DNA of 64,000 nucleotides from an uncultured Actinomycetes bacterium. GTDB taxonomy: Bacteria > Actinomycetota > Thermoleophilia > UBA2241. The DNA lies in contig CAVPVX010000002.1 in the NCBI GenBank assembly GCA_963709345.1, positions 256,001-320,000 on the forward strand. Direction: 5' to 3'. Under the pieces are notes generated by a model. It was not told the DNA's origin, did not search any database, and saw only the letters and a list, made by a program, of their open reading frames with translations. The position numbers were made by a program, and so were the translations under genes. Below, piece by piece: positions 49,530-60,609 of the stretch; positions within the stretch are counted from its first letter, which is position 1, and each line of letters begins with the position of its first letter.

Positions 49530-50892
49530 GGTCTCCCCCTTCGCTCTCGAGCAGCGCGTCGGCGACGCGCTCCATCCGCATCAGCCGTGAGGCCTTGACC
49601 AGCACGGCGCTACCCCGTGGGACAACCTCCTCGAGCGCCGCCACGCACTCGTCCACCGACGCGAACCAACGCTCTCCGGCCGCGCCGGTGAGATAGTCGC
49701 GGCCGAGCTCGCCGACTGCCACGAGGCGCACCCCGGCGGCCGCGCAGTGTTCGCCGACGGCGCGGTGGTAGGCGCTCGCCCCGGCGCCGAGCTCGTACAT
49801 GTCGCCGAGCACCGCGACCGGAAGCCGGCCCCCGGCGATGCTCACCAGGTGGTCGATGGCGGCCAGCATCGCCACAGGGTTGGCGTTGTACGCGTCGTTG
49901 AGGACGAGACCGCCGCCGGGAAGCTCGGCCACGGAGCCGCGAAGGTCGCTGAAGGCGACCCGGCCGGCGCCCGCTCTGGCCTCGTCGAGCCGGAACCCCA
50001 GCTCCAGAAAGGCGGCGAGGGCCGCCAGGGCGTCACGGAGGTAGTGAGCCCCGGTGAAGCTGAAGTCGAAGGCGCCGCGGCGCCCGAATGCGTCGATGAG
50101 CGCGTGCGTCCCCTCTCCGCGCCGCTCCTCCGCCACGACGTGGACGTCGGCCTCCGGCGCGCCGAAGGTGACGACGCGGCCGCGATGCCGCCGCACATGG
50201 CGACTCAGCAGCGGCTCGTCCGCCGGCACGACGACCGTCCCCCTGTCCAGCTCCTCGACGAGCTCGGCCTTCGCCGCCGCGACGTCCTCGATCGTGCCGA
50301 CAAGCTCCAGGTGGACCGGGGCGACGTTGGTGATGACGCCGACATCGGGCAGCGCGATACGTGCGAGCTCGCGGATCTGGCCGGCGCCCCGCATCGCCAT
50401 CTCGACAACGGCGACCTCCGTCTCCGGCTCGATGGCAAGGAGCGTGAGGGGGACCCCGATCTCATTGTTCAGATTGGCGTCGGTCGCGACCACGCGAGCC
50501 ACCGGGCGCAGCAGAGCCGCCAGGATGTCCTTGGTGGACGTCTTGCCGGCGCTGCCGGTGATCGCGACGACCTTGACGCCGGAGCGCCGGCGGACGGCCG
50601 TGGCGAGACGCTGCAGCGCCGTGAGGCCGTCGCCGACGACGATGCGCGATACCGAGGCGCCCAGACCGACGGCGGTCTCGTCGCGCACGACGACGGCGCC
50701 GGCGCCGGCCGCAGCGGCCGCGGCGGCGTAGTCGTCGCCGTCAAACGTATCTCCACGCAGGCCGATGAACAGGTCGCCGGGCGACAGCGTGCGCGTGTCT
50801 GTGCACACGCGCGTGACCACGGCGTCCGGATCAGCCGCCTCGAGGCGGCCGCCGCAGACGGCCGCCACCTCGCTCAGTGGCAGCGGGATCAT
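49522..50892 (-). CDS. murF: UDP-MurNAc-tripeptide-D-Ala-D-Ala ligase
   Basis: Motifs ITGSAGKTSTK, NNEIGVP, DAYNANP, LGDMYELG and VKASR. Confidence 0.96.
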   Translation of the reverse strand: MIPLPLSEVAAVCGGRLEAADPDAVVTRVCTDTRTLSPGDLFIGLRGDTFDGDDYAAAAAAAGAGAVVVRDETAVGLGASVSRIVVGDGLTALQRLATAVRRRSGVKVVAITGSAGKTSTKDILAALLRPVARVVATDANLNNEIGVPLTLLAIEPETEVAVVEMAMRGAGQIRELARIALPDVGVITNVAPVHLELVGTIEDVAAAKAELVEELDRGTVVVPADEPLLSRHVRRHRGRVVTFGAPEADVHVVAEERRGEGTHALIDAFGRRGAFDFSFTGAHYLRDALAALAAFLELGFRLDEARAGAGRVAFSDLRGSVAELPGGGLVLNDAYNANPVAMLAAIDHLVSIAGGRLPVAVLGDMYELGAGASAYHRAVGEHCAAAGVRLVAVGELGRDYLTGAAGERWFASVDECVAALEEVVPRGSAVLVKASRLMRMERVADALLESEGGDRA

Positions 50893-50896
50893 GCCG

Positions 50897-52408
50897 TCAC
50901 CCCCCTCCGCCGAGCTCCGCCAGCAGTTCCTCGGCGACGGTGTGGTCGTCGAAGGCGATGCGCCGGTCACCGATGATCTGGCCCTGCTCGTGGCCCTTAC
51001 CGGCGATGACCACGGCGTCGCCCTCCCGGGCCTCCGTCAAAGCAAGCCGGATCGCCCGCCGCCGGTCCGGCTCGAGAACCACCGTGGCGGCGCGCTCCTG
51101 CGGCACGCCGGCGACGATCTCGTCGATGATCGCAAGCGGCTCCTCGCCGCGCGGGTTGTCGGAGGTGATGAAGGAGCCGTCCGCGAGCCGCGAGCCGATC
51201 CCTCCCATGAGCGGCCGCTTGCCGCGGTCGCGATCGCCGCCGCACCCGAAGACGACGAGGACGCGGCCCGGGGTGACGGCGCGAACGGCAAGGAGAGCGT
51301 TTTCGAGCGAGTCCGGTGTGTGCGAGTAGTCGACGATCACGCTGAAGGGCTGACCCGCGCGAACGGCCTCGAAACGGCCGGGGACGCCCTCGGTGGCGCC
51401 GAGTCCTTCGATCACCGCCGCGAGAGGCAGGCCCAGACCGAGCGCGGCGGCGGCGGCGGCCAGTGCGTTGTCGACGTTGAAGCGCGCGGCCAGACGCAGG
51501 TCGAGCCGCTCCTCGACGCCGAGCCGTCGGCACAGCAGCGTGAACGCCGAGCCGTCGGCGCGAAGCTCGAGATCCGTGGCGCGCACGTCGGCCGCCGGCG
51601 CCGTGCCCCGCTGGTCGTCGGCGACCGCGTAGGTCCACAGGTCGTCGCCGTACGCGGGCCGGCAGTCCGCGACGAGACGCCGGCCGAACTCATCGCCGAC
51701 GTTCAGCACAGCGACCGCCGCTCCGTTGCGCTCCTCATCCGGAAGAAAGAGGCGCCGCTTAGCGCCGTAGTAGTCGTCCAGATCCTTATGGAAGTCGAGG
51801 TGGTCGCGCGTGAGGTTGGTGAACACGACCGCGTCGAAGTCGATACCCGCCGACCGCTCCTGGGAGAGCGCGTGCGAGCTGACCTCGAGAGCGCAGGCGC
51901 GGTCGCCGGACGCGACCATCTCCGCGAACATCCGCTGCAGATCGAGAGACTCGGCCGTCGTGAGCTTGACCGCATGCTCGACGCCACCGATGCGGTTCGC
52001 GACGGTGCCGAGAAGGCCGCTGGGAAGACCGGCCGCGGTGAAGACGCCGGCGATGAGGTGCGCCGTCGTCGTCTTGCCGTTGGTGCCGGTGACGCCGGCG
52101 ACCCGCAACTCGCGGGAGGGCTCACCGAACCAGCGCGCGGCCATGAGCGCCATGGCCCGTCGCGCGTTGGGCACGATCGCCTGCGGCAAGGCCACCTCCG
52201 CCTCGCGCTCGCAGACGAGCGCCGCGGCGCCCGCTTCGGCGGCCGCAGCGGCGAACCGGTGACCGTCGTGCCGGAGGCCGGGCATGCAAAAGAAAAGCGT
52301 GCCGTCGGCGACGTCACGCGTGTGGTAGGCGAGGCCCCGGATCTCGGTGGCCGAGTCGCCGCGCACGGTGGCTCCGGCGACCCCCTGCACCAGCTGGCTC
52401 AGCTTCAT
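50897..52408 (-). CDS. murE: UDP-MurNAc-dipeptide-diaminopimelate ligase
   Basis: Motifs GTNGKTT, EVSSH, DYSHTPD, GCGGDRD, DNPR (meso-DAP type) and GKGHE. Confidence 0.96.
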   Translation of the reverse strand: MKLSQLVQGVAGATVRGDSATEIRGLAYHTRDVADGTLFFCMPGLRHDGHRFAAAAAEAGAAALVCEREAEVALPQAIVPNARRAMALMAARWFGEPSRELRVAGVTGTNGKTTTAHLIAGVFTAAGLPSGLLGTVANRIGGVEHAVKLTTAESLDLQRMFAEMVASGDRACALEVSSHALSQERSAGIDFDAVVFTNLTRDHLDFHKDLDDYYGAKRRLFLPDEERNGAAVAVLNVGDEFGRRLVADCRPAYGDDLWTYAVADDQRGTAPAADVRATDLELRADGSAFTLLCRRLGVEERLDLRLAARFNVDNALAAAAAALGLGLPLAAVIEGLGATEGVPGRFEAVRAGQPFSVIVDYSHTPDSLENALLAVRAVTPGRVLVVFGCGGDRDRGKRPLMGGIGSRLADGSFITSDNPRGEEPLAIIDEIVAGVPQERAATVVLEPDRRRAIRLALTEAREGDAVVIAGKGHEQGQIIGDRRIAFDDHTVAEELLAELGGGG

Positions 52409-52487
52409 CGCGGCGGATTCTAACAGACCGGCCACCCCCCTTCACCCGCGCCGGGCACGCCCGGCGGCGGCGTGGCAGCATGACCGC

Positions 52488-54230
52488 TCACGGCGCGATC
52501 TCCAGGTGCTGGAGGGAGAAGCGCATGATCTTCTGTACCGCCGGCGCGGCGGCGTCGCCGCCGTACATGGGCGTGCCGTCGATCGCCACCAGCACGACGA
52601 GACGAGGCCGGTCCGCCGGCGCCATGCCGACGAACGAGGCAACGTAGACACCTTCAGCGTAGCCTCCGCCACCGGGAAGCGACATCTCGGCGGTCCCCGT
52701 CTTGCCGGCCACCTTGTAGCCGGGGATCCTCGCCTTGGCGCCCGTGCCCTTGTCGACGGCGGTGGTCAGCATCGAGCGCACGTCCCGCGCAACACTCGCG
52801 GGTATCACGCGGCGCTTCTCGCGCTCGTCGTACACCGTGGCGCCGACCTGGCCGACGAGCCTCGGCTTGACGGCCACACCGTTGTTGGCGACCGTCGAGA
52901 ACGCCGCCGCCATCTGCAATGGGGTCACGGCGATCCCCTGGCCCATCGGGATGTTCACGATCGACGTCCCGGACCACTGCTCCGCGCGCGGCACGGTCCC
53001 GCCCGCCTCGCCCGGGAACTGCACCCCGGTCGGCGCGCCGAAGCCGAAGGCGTCCATCCACTTGAGCAGCCTCGTCTGGCCCATCTTCCTGCCGATGGTC
53101 ACGGCGCCGACGTTGCTCGACCACTGCAGGATCTGACGCACGGAGTAGGTGGCGGTGCCGCGCGGGTGCGACTCGTTGATGGTGACGTCGTAGAGAGTCA
53201 TCGTCGGAGGCAGGGTGAACGACGTCTCGGGCGTGACGAGCCCGTCGGCGAGCGCTCCCGAGATGGTCACGAGCTTGAAGATCGACCCCGGTTCGTACTG
53301 GTCGGTGACGGCGCGGTTGCGGTCGGCGTCGGGATCCTTGCCGTAGCCGTGGAACCCGTCCTTGGTCACGTTCGCCATGGCGAGGATCTCGCCGCTGCGC
53401 GGGTCCATGACGATCGCCGTCGCCGCCTTCGCGTACGAGCTGCGCACAGCGCGCTCGAGCACGTCCTCGGCGGTGTACTGGATCTCGGCGTCGAGCGTGA
53501 GCCGCACGTCGGCGCCGGCCACGGGCTCCGCTTCGGGGACGGTCTTGAGGGCGCGACCCGCGGGGTCACGGACGATCATCTCGCTGCCGGCGACGCCCGA
53601 AAGCTCCTTGTCGTAGAGCAGTTCCACACCGGCCAGTCCCTGATTGTCCACCCCGGCGAGCCCGAGGACCTGCGCGGCCGTGCCCTTGAGCGGATAGGCG
53701 CGCTCCTCCTCGGCGTACGCACCCACTCCGGGGAGTTCAAGCGCCAGCGCGACCTTCGCCAGATCGGGGTCCACCTTGCGCGCCACATAGGCGAAACCGC
53801 CGTCCTTGACGGCGAGAGCCTTGCGCAGCGCTCTACGATCGCGCCGGCGTTCGATCTGCAGCGCTTCGCACAGGTCGGCGGCCGCGTCCGCCGCGTCCTC
53901 GATCAGGTAAGGCGTGGCGTAGACGGTCTGCTGCGGCGTGCCCACCGCCAGCTCCCGCCCGTTGCGGTCGAGGATCGCGCCTCGATGGGCGGGGAGCTCG
54001 ACGCGCGCGGTCTGCTGTTGCTGGGCGATGCGCGTCAGGTGCTGTGACGAGGAGGCCAGCGCCACGGCCTTGCCGCCGACCAACACGAGAAAGACGATGA
54101 AGACGAAGCGCAGGAGTCTGATACGCCCGTCCAGACCGCCCGCGCCGCCGCCGGTGGCGCGGGCGACTGCGGACAGACCGCCGCCGCGCCGGCGGGCGGG
54201 GCGCCGACGTCCTCTGGCGGACCCGGCCAT
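52488..54230 (-). CDS. ftsI: Class B penicillin-binding protein FtsI
   Basis: Motifs RGAILDRNG, EPGSIFK (SxxK), SSN and GKTGTA. Start uncertain. Confidence 0.93.
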   Translation of the reverse strand: MAGSARGRRRPARRRGGGLSAVARATGGGAGGLDGRIRLLRFVFIVFLVLVGGKAVALASSSQHLTRIAQQQQTARVELPAHRGAILDRNGRELAVGTPQQTVYATPYLIEDAADAAADLCEALQIERRRDRRALRKALAVKDGGFAYVARKVDPDLAKVALALELPGVGAYAEEERAYPLKGTAAQVLGLAGVDNQGLAGVELLYDKELSGVAGSEMIVRDPAGRALKTVPEAEPVAGADVRLTLDAEIQYTAEDVLERAVRSSYAKAATAIVMDPRSGEILAMANVTKDGFHGYGKDPDADRNRAVTDQYEPGSIFKLVTISGALADGLVTPETSFTLPPTMTLYDVTINESHPRGTATYSVRQILQWSSNVGAVTIGRKMGQTRLLKWMDAFGFGAPTGVQFPGEAGGTVPRAEQWSGTSIVNIPMGQGIAVTPLQMAAAFSTVANNGVAVKPRLVGQVGATVYDEREKRRVIPASVARDVRSMLTTAVDKGTGAKARIPGYKVAGKTGTAEMSLPGGGGYAEGVYVASFVGMAPADRPRLVVLVAIDGTPMYGGDAAAPAVQKIMRFSLQHLEIAP

Positions 54231-54652
54231 CAGCGGCTCGCCGCGACCTCGACGATCTTGCCGGCCTTGCCGGCCTTCAAGTAGATCACGTGCGAGGCGT
54301 CGACGAGGCCCAGTTGATTCTCCGCGACGTGCCGGATGCGGACCGTCGAGGCGAGTCGAGCCAGGTCCTCCTGGAGTTGGGCGTTCTCGGCGGTCACGCG
54401 GCGCTCCCCGCGCACCACAGCGTCCGTCTGCAGGCTCTTCTGCACGACGGCGAAGCTCAGGGCGACGCGTCCCACCGCGAGGATCGTCAGGGACGCGACG
54501 AAGATGATGAAGACGCGCGTGAGCCGCGAGCGTTGCGCCGCGCGGCGGCGCGTGGCCGGTGCCCGGTAGGCGGCCGGGCGCACGGGTTCGTGCCCGCGCC
54601 CGGGATCACGGCTCGGAGCCACCTGTCGAGCCTGCTGGGCGGCGGCCGCCAT
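54230..54652 (-). CDS. ftsL: Cell division protein FtsL
   Basis: Single TM, then a coiled coil and RIRHVAENQLGL. Sits between rsmH and ftsI. Confidence 0.75.
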   Translation of the reverse strand: MAAAAQQARQVAPSRDPGRGHEPVRPAAYRAPATRRRAAQRSRLTRVFIIFVASLTILAVGRVALSFAVVQKSLQTDAVVRGERRVTAENAQLQEDLARLASTVRIRHVAENQLGLVDASHVIYLKAGKAGKIVEVAASR

Positions 54653-54713
54653 GATCACACCGCCTTGCACGGGGCCGTCGCGGGCCGCGCATCGCTGACC
54701 GGGACCCGGCGCA

Positions 54714-55685
54714 TCAGTCCTCGAGTCTCACCGCGACACGCAACTTCGCCGACGTACTCCGTGGGTTGGCCTCGGTCTCCGCGGACCGCGGCGTCACGGG
54801 CTTGCGCGTCAGGACGCGCAGCGTGGGCTCGTGACCGCAGACGCACATCGGAAGGCCCGGCGGGCAGATGCACCCGGCGGCGTGACCCTTGAAGAAATCC
54901 TTCACCATGCGATCTTCGAGCGAGTGGAAGCTCATCGCCGCCAGACGACCGCCCGGACGCAACACGCGATACGCCTCCTCCAGGCCCCGGGCCAGCGAGC
55001 CGAGCTCGTCGTTCACGACGATGCGGAGAGCCTGGAAGACCCGGCGCGCGGGGTTGCCGGCGCCGAAGCGAGCCGGCGTCGGGATCGTGCCCTTGACGAT
55101 CTCGACCAGCTCACTGGTGGAGGTGAACGCCTGCTTCTTGCGCGCCCGCACGATTCCGCGTGCGATGTTGCGCGCGTAGCGCTCCTCCCCGTATCGCCTG
55201 AAGACGCCGGTGAGCTCGACCTCGGGCAGCGTGTTGACCAGATCGGCGGCCGTGACCTCCAGTTCGGGGTCCATGCGCATGTCGAGCGGCGCGTCATAGG
55301 CGTAGCTGAACCCACGCTCGCGTCGGTCGAGCTGCATCGAGGACACGCCGAGATCCATGTAGACGATGTCGGCGGACGCCGACTCGCGCGCCGCGAGCAC
55401 GTCGGCGAAGTTGCCGTGGTAGAGCTCGCAGGCGCAGGGGGCGGCGAGAGAGACGTCGCGGAAGTACTCGGCGACGCTCGGGTCGCGATCGACGGCGATC
55501 AGCCGGCCTCTGGCGCCGAGCGCCGCGGCGACCGCCTCGGCATGCCCGCCGGCTCCGAAGGTGCAGTCGATGGCGACCTCGCCCTTCGCCGGTCGCAGCA
55601 GCTCGAGCAGTTCGTCGAGAAGCACCGGGGTGTGGGCGAGGGCCATCTCATACTCGCTGAGTTGCATCATCATCTGCGGTAGCAT
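54714..55685 (-). CDS. rsmH: 16S rRNA m4C1402 methyltransferase
   Basis: Motifs HTPVLL, DCTFGAGGH, DLGVSSMQLD, LDMRMD and SFHSLEDR. Start uncertain (55685 to 55646). Confidence 0.96.
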   Translation of the reverse strand: MLPQMMMQLSEYEMALAHTPVLLDELLELLRPAKGEVAIDCTFGAGGHAEAVAAALGARGRLIAVDRDPSVAEYFRDVSLAAPCACELYHGNFADVLAARESASADIVYMDLGVSSMQLDRRERGFSYAYDAPLDMRMDPELEVTAADLVNTLPEVELTGVFRRYGEERYARNIARGIVRARKKQAFTSTSELVEIVKGTIPTPARFGAGNPARRVFQALRIVVNDELGSLARGLEEAYRVLRPGGRLAAMSFHSLEDRMVKDFFKGHAAGCICPPGLPMCVCGHEPTLRVLTRKPVTPRSAETEANPRSTSAKLRVAVRLED

Positions 55686-56097
55686 CGGCCTCCTCCTCAA
55701 GGTGGGCCAACTGGTCTGTCCAGGCTGCGCGGTCCCAGATCTCCAGGTGATCGGCGACCCCGATGACCGTCACGTCCCTGGTGATACGGGCGTAGTCGAG
55801 ATGCTTGACGGGAAGCGTGACCCGCCCCTGCCGGTCGAGCTCGGGGAAGAACACCGCGGTCGCGGCCAGCCGCCGCTTGACGTTGCGGCGCGCCGCCGTG
55901 CCGGCGGTGGTGACCTCCACGTCCTCTTCCAGACGACGCTGGAACTCGTCGGGGCTGTACCCGCCGAGGCAGCGTTCGTTCTCCTGCGTGACATAGACAC
56001 CGTCGGCGAAGGCGGAGCGAAGCCGTGCGGGGATGGCGACGCGGTTCTTCGCATCGAGCGTGAAATCGAACTCCCCCACAAGGATCGGCCGCTGCAT
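55648..56097 (-). CDS. mraZ: Transcriptional regulator MraZ
   Basis: Motifs LDAKNRVAIP and LDRQGRVTLP, plus LEIW. Confidence 0.93.
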   Translation of the reverse strand: MQRPILVGEFDFTLDAKNRVAIPARLRSAFADGVYVTQENERCLGGYSPDEFQRRLEEDVEVTTAGTAARRNVKRRLAATAVFFPELDRQGRVTLPVKHLDYARITRDVTVIGVADHLEIWDRAAWTDQLAHLEEEADATADDDATQRV

Positions 56098-56100
56098 GGT

Positions 56101-56157
56101 CGCCACTGTACCCCACTTCTCCCCATTACACAATACTTCTGGGCCATTATGCCCCAC
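56101..56157 (-). promoter_or_regulatory. MraZ-binding direct repeats
   Basis: GTGGGG, ATGGCC, then ATGGGG, GTGGGG, GTGGCG at about 10-bp periodicity immediately upstream of mraZ. Confidence 0.75.
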
Positions 56158-56455
56158 TCACCTGCATCCGACACCCACCGGAACGTCCCCCGGGGGGCGT
56201 GGGGAGAGACGGCATCGGGAGGGGCGTGAGCCGATGGCACGAGGAGCGGCGTAGCGAGAGGCGAGGGCCACGGCGCACGGAGCGGCGCCGGAGAGACCGC
56301 GCCGGACGGCGCGTGCGGAGACATCCGAGGAGGCGAAAGCGGCTGAGGATGCCCCCGGCGGTGTCGCCGCGCCGGACGGCGCGCGGAGCCGCCGTGGCGC
56401 AGGAACGGCGGTGGACGCGGGGGGCTCGAGCGAGCCGGGGCGACGCCGCAGCGCG

Positions 56456-57070
56456 CTACTGCGTCGGCACCAGGATCTTGTCGCCGACCACGAGCGTGCT
56501 CGCGGCGAGGTCGGGGTTGAGCTCCTCGAGCTTGTTCACCGAGGTGTCAAAGCGCTCGGCGATGCTGGTGAGCGAGTCGCCGCTCTTGACCGTGTACTTC
56601 TTGGTGACGGCCTTGGCAGAGCCGCCCTTGGTCTGCGTCGCCGAGGGCGTGGGCGTGGGGTCTGCGCCGCCGATGACGCCCGACTGAGCGGCGATGCCGA
56701 TGAAGGCGATGACGGCGATGAGGAACACGACGGGGGCGGCGATTCGCGCCACGATGCGCGCCGGTGCAGGCGCCGCGGCAGGGCGCGGCCGGGCACGCGG
56801 AGCCTTGACCGCCGAGCCCACCGGCCGCGGGGACTCCGACCCCGCCGGCGCGGCCGGCGCGGCCGCGCGCCGCGGCGGTGCCTGGCCGGCCCCGCCCGCG
56901 GGCGCTCCCATCGACTCGAGGCGTTGGAGCGCCGCGTCGGGATCAGCGTCGCCCGGCGAGGCGGCGGGGCCGGGTTGTGCGGCCTGCTGCTGCCGGGATC
57001 GCGACTGCTTCGCGTCGGCGCTCGTGGATCGGCGCCGGCGTGGTCGCTTCTGGGGGGCGTCGTCCGTCAT
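56456..57070 (-). CDS. Membrane-anchored LysM-domain protein
   Basis: Disordered N-terminus, one TM, and a C-terminal LysM domain (YTVKSGDSLTSIA...LEELNP...VGDKILVP). ATGA coupling to pyrF. Confidence 0.88.
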   Translation of the reverse strand: MTDDAPQKRPRRRRSTSADAKQSRSRQQQAAQPGPAASPGDADPDAALQRLESMGAPAGGAGQAPPRRAAAPAAPAGSESPRPVGSAVKAPRARPRPAAAPAPARIVARIAAPVVFLIAVIAFIGIAAQSGVIGGADPTPTPSATQTKGGSAKAVTKKYTVKSGDSLTSIAERFDTSVNKLEELNPDLAASTLVVGDKILVPTQ

Positions 57071-57981
57071 AGTCCGTCCCGAAGATCGCTGCGCATAGAT
57101 TCGGCGGCCGCGGCCGCAGCCCTTTGGTGGTCGCCGCCGCCGCCCTGCCACGCGTAGATGATCGAGCGTGAAGCGTTGACGACGTAGCCCGCCGCGTCGC
57201 CGGCGGCGATGCCCGCGAGCGCGTCCGCGCCGGCGCCCTGAGCGCCGTAGCCGGGCACCAGGAGGAACGCGCTCGGCAGCGCCTCGCGCACCAGCCGCAG
57301 CGACCCCGGCGCCGTCGCGCCCACGACGGCGCCTACATCACTGTACCCCTGTTCACCGACGTGCCCCGCGCCGAGCCGCGCCACGAGGTCGGCGACACGC
57401 AGGTAGAGCGGCCTCCCGCCGACCTCGACCTCCTGGAGCAGGCCGGCGCCGGGATTGCTCGTGCGCGTGAGGATGAAGACGCCGCGGCCGGCGGCGCAGT
57501 GTTCCACCAGCGGTTCCAGCGAGTCCTCGCCGAGATACGGGCTGGCGGTCACAGCGTCGGCGGCGAGACCGGCGACGGGCGCCGTGAATCCGGGGGCGCC
57601 GCCGAAGGCGGCGCGCCCGTAGGCGGCGCCCGTGGAGGCGATGTCCCCGCGCTTCACGTCGAGGATCACCGGCAGGTCATGCTCGCGCGCGCAGCCGATG
57701 ACGGCGGCGAGCGCCCGCCAGCCGGCGGCGCCGTACTGCTCGAAGAAGGCCGCCTGCGGCTTGACGCAGGCGGCGACGCCGGCGACGGCGTCGATCACGT
57801 CGCGACAGAACCTCTCGAAGCAGGCGGCCACAGCCGCGTCGTCGCCGAGCTCGGCCGCCTGTGGCCGGTACGCGTCGACCAGCGCGGGCGGCATGCGCTC
57901 GAGGACGGGATCGAGGCCGACGCAGACGACACTGCTGCGCGCGCGTACGGACGCTGCCAATCTGTCTGAGAAGTGGTGCAC
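57067..57981 (-). CDS. pyrF: Orotidine-5'-phosphate decarboxylase (type 2)
   Basis: Motifs CVGLDP, KPQAAFFE, DVKRGDIAST, TSNPG, VVGAT, PGYGAQG and NASR. Confidence 0.96.
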   Translation of the reverse strand: MHHFSDRLAASVRARSSVVCVGLDPVLERMPPALVDAYRPQAAELGDDAAVAACFERFCRDVIDAVAGVAACVKPQAAFFEQYGAAGWRALAAVIGCAREHDLPVILDVKRGDIASTGAAYGRAAFGGAPGFTAPVAGLAADAVTASPYLGEDSLEPLVEHCAAGRGVFILTRTSNPGAGLLQEVEVGGRPLYLRVADLVARLGAGHVGEQGYSDVGAVVGATAPGSLRLVREALPSAFLLVPGYGAQGAGADALAGIAAGDAAGYVVNASRSIIYAWQGGGGDHQRAAAAAAESMRSDLRDGL

Positions 57982-58109
57982 GTGATGCCCCCTGGAATCG
58001 AGCGTCCATGGTACCCGAAGGGGCGCCACGGGAACAGCTCCGAGCCCGGAGGAGGCGGCGCCTGCCCCAGCGAAGAGCAAGCGCGCGTAGCGCGCGCCGC
58101 CCGATCCCC

Positions 58110-58784
58110 TCAGCCCGGCGCTCCCGCGACCGTGCCGGGCGGCGCCGGGGCGCCTTCGCCGCGGGCGCCCGCGCCGCCCGCGCTCTCCGTCTGCTGCCGG
58201 GCCTGGAACTGGCGCACGTTGCGGCGGATGGTGGCGATCTTGGCGCGCACGTAGTCGGTGGCCTCGTCGTCGTGGCGCGCGCCGTCACCGGCGGCCTCCG
58301 ATTCCGCCTGCATCTCGCGAAGGACCCCCATGAGCTGCGCGTCGTCCATGCGCGACAGGCTGTCGAGATCCCACTTCATGGCCTTGCTGGAGCTCCCGTG
58401 CACCGCGTCCAGCTTGGCGCGCACGACGGGGTTGAAGACCGCTCCCGGATCGACCTTGGCGGTGATCGCGTCGACGTCGCTGATCATGTCGTCGATGCTG
58501 GCCCCCGGTTTCGGGATGATCGTGATGCGGCCGTCGGGATCCTCCACCACGCGGTCGATCGACAGGTAGGCTTTCAGGAAGCCCTCCGTGAACGCCACCG
58601 GTACGGTCACCGCATAGGCGATCACCTGCAGGACCTCGGCGGCGAACTGCGTGAACGTCCCCGTGTGGAGATAACTGTCCTCGATGAGCCCGAGGAGCAT
58701 GGACTTGAGGTACGGATCGGCGCGACCGTCACTAGGCCTGCCGCCCGGACGCGGCGTATTCCGCTTGTCGACTGGGTCGCCCAT
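58110..58784 (-). CDS. Hypothetical protein
   Basis: SD-like GGAGAG before ATG 58784, high GC3 and protein-like composition. No recognised family. Confidence 0.7.
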   Translation of the reverse strand: MGDPVDKRNTPRPGGRPSDGRADPYLKSMLLGLIEDSYLHTGTFTQFAAEVLQVIAYAVTVPVAFTEGFLKAYLSIDRVVEDPDGRITIIPKPGASIDDMISDVDAITAKVDPGAVFNPVVRAKLDAVHGSSSKAMKWDLDSLSRMDDAQLMGVLREMQAESEAAGDGARHDDEATDYVRAKIATIRRNVRQFQARQQTESAGGAGARGEGAPAPPGTVAGAPG

Positions 58785-58895
58785 CTCTCTCCACCCCGTA
58801 TCGGCAGGCGGCGACGGAACTTGATGGACGCCGGACCGCCCGTTGGCGAGCCCGCGCGCATCCGGTACGCTGAAGGCCACCGACCGGGGGGACAC

Positions 58896-59735
58896 GTGGA
58901 CGCGGAGCAGCTCATCATCGACGGTAGCGGCGCTCTCGACGCCTTCGTGCGCGCCGCGGCCGCGGCGCCGGAGGCGGCGGCGCTCTTCTGCGACATCGAC
59001 GGGACCATCTCGCCGATCGCGCCGCGCCCCGCGGAAGCGAAGGTGCCGGAGCGCTTCCGCGATCTGCTGGCGACGCTCGTCGAACGGCTGGGCCTCGTCG
59101 CCTTCGTGAGCGGCCGGGCACAGGACGACGCACGCCGCATGATCCGGATGGACGGGGCCGCCTACGTGGGCAATCACGGCCTCGAGACCACCCGGCCCGA
59201 CGGCACGGTAGAGGTCGAACCGCAGGCGGAGCGGTACGTGACCGGCATCCGTGAGGTCGCGGAAGCCGCCGCCCGCGAACTCGACTGCGAGACGCTCGGC
59301 GTGATCCTCGAGGACAAGCGCACGGTGCTCGCCGTGCACTACCGCCTGGCTCCCGACCACGCCGCCACCCGCCACGAGATCCTCACGCGAGTCGTGGAAC
59401 CGGCGCGCGCCCGCGGCCTCGCCGTCGCCACTGGGCACTTCGCCTTCGAGATCCGGCCGCCGCTGCCGTTCAGCAAGGGGACAGCCGTGAAGCGGTTGCT
59501 GGCCACCGGCGACTACCTGACGGCGCTGTGCTGCGGCGACGACCTCACCGACGTCACCGCGTTCGCGGCGATCCACGACTGGAGTGAGCACGACGCCCGG
59601 CGCCGGGCCTGCGCCGTGGCCGCCGTCACCGGCGAGACGCCGCGACCCGTGCTTGAAGCGGCCGACGTTCGCGTGGACGCGACTGCGGGCATGTACGCGG
59701 CGCTCGCGCAGTTGCGCGCCGCTCTCGGAGACTGA
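58896..59735 (+). CDS. otsB: Trehalose-6-phosphate phosphatase
   Basis: Motifs DIDGTISPI, VSGR, GNHGLE, EDK...AVHYR, KG.AV and GDDLTD. Confidence 0.92.
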   Translation: MDAEQLIIDGSGALDAFVRAAAAAPEAAALFCDIDGTISPIAPRPAEAKVPERFRDLLATLVERLGLVAFVSGRAQDDARRMIRMDGAAYVGNHGLETTRPDGTVEVEPQAERYVTGIREVAEAAARELDCETLGVILEDKRTVLAVHYRLAPDHAATRHEILTRVVEPARARGLAVATGHFAFEIRPPLPFSKGTAVKRLLATGDYLTALCCGDDLTDVTAFAAIHDWSEHDARRRACAVAAVTGETPRPVLEAADVRVDATAGMYAALAQLRAALGD

Positions 59736-59741
59736 GCCGCT

Positions 59742-60515
<774 letters not shown>

Positions 60516-60609
60516 GGCTGACCCTCCTCGACCATGGGTGGACTGGCTGGCCTCACTCTATCGCAGGACGGCAGGCGGCGGGCTCCGGCGGAGCGGCCGC
60601 CGCCGGCCC

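Noticed and set aside
56297-56383. 17-bp direct repeat CCGCGCCGGACGGCGCG, 70 bp apart, in the LysM-mraZ gap
   Set aside because: Only two copies, almost all G/C, and no cas genes. Not a CRISPR array.
57982-58109. PyrR attenuator upstream of pyrF
   Set aside because: No PyrR-binding loop motif or U-tailed terminator seen, only a TACCAT -10 element.
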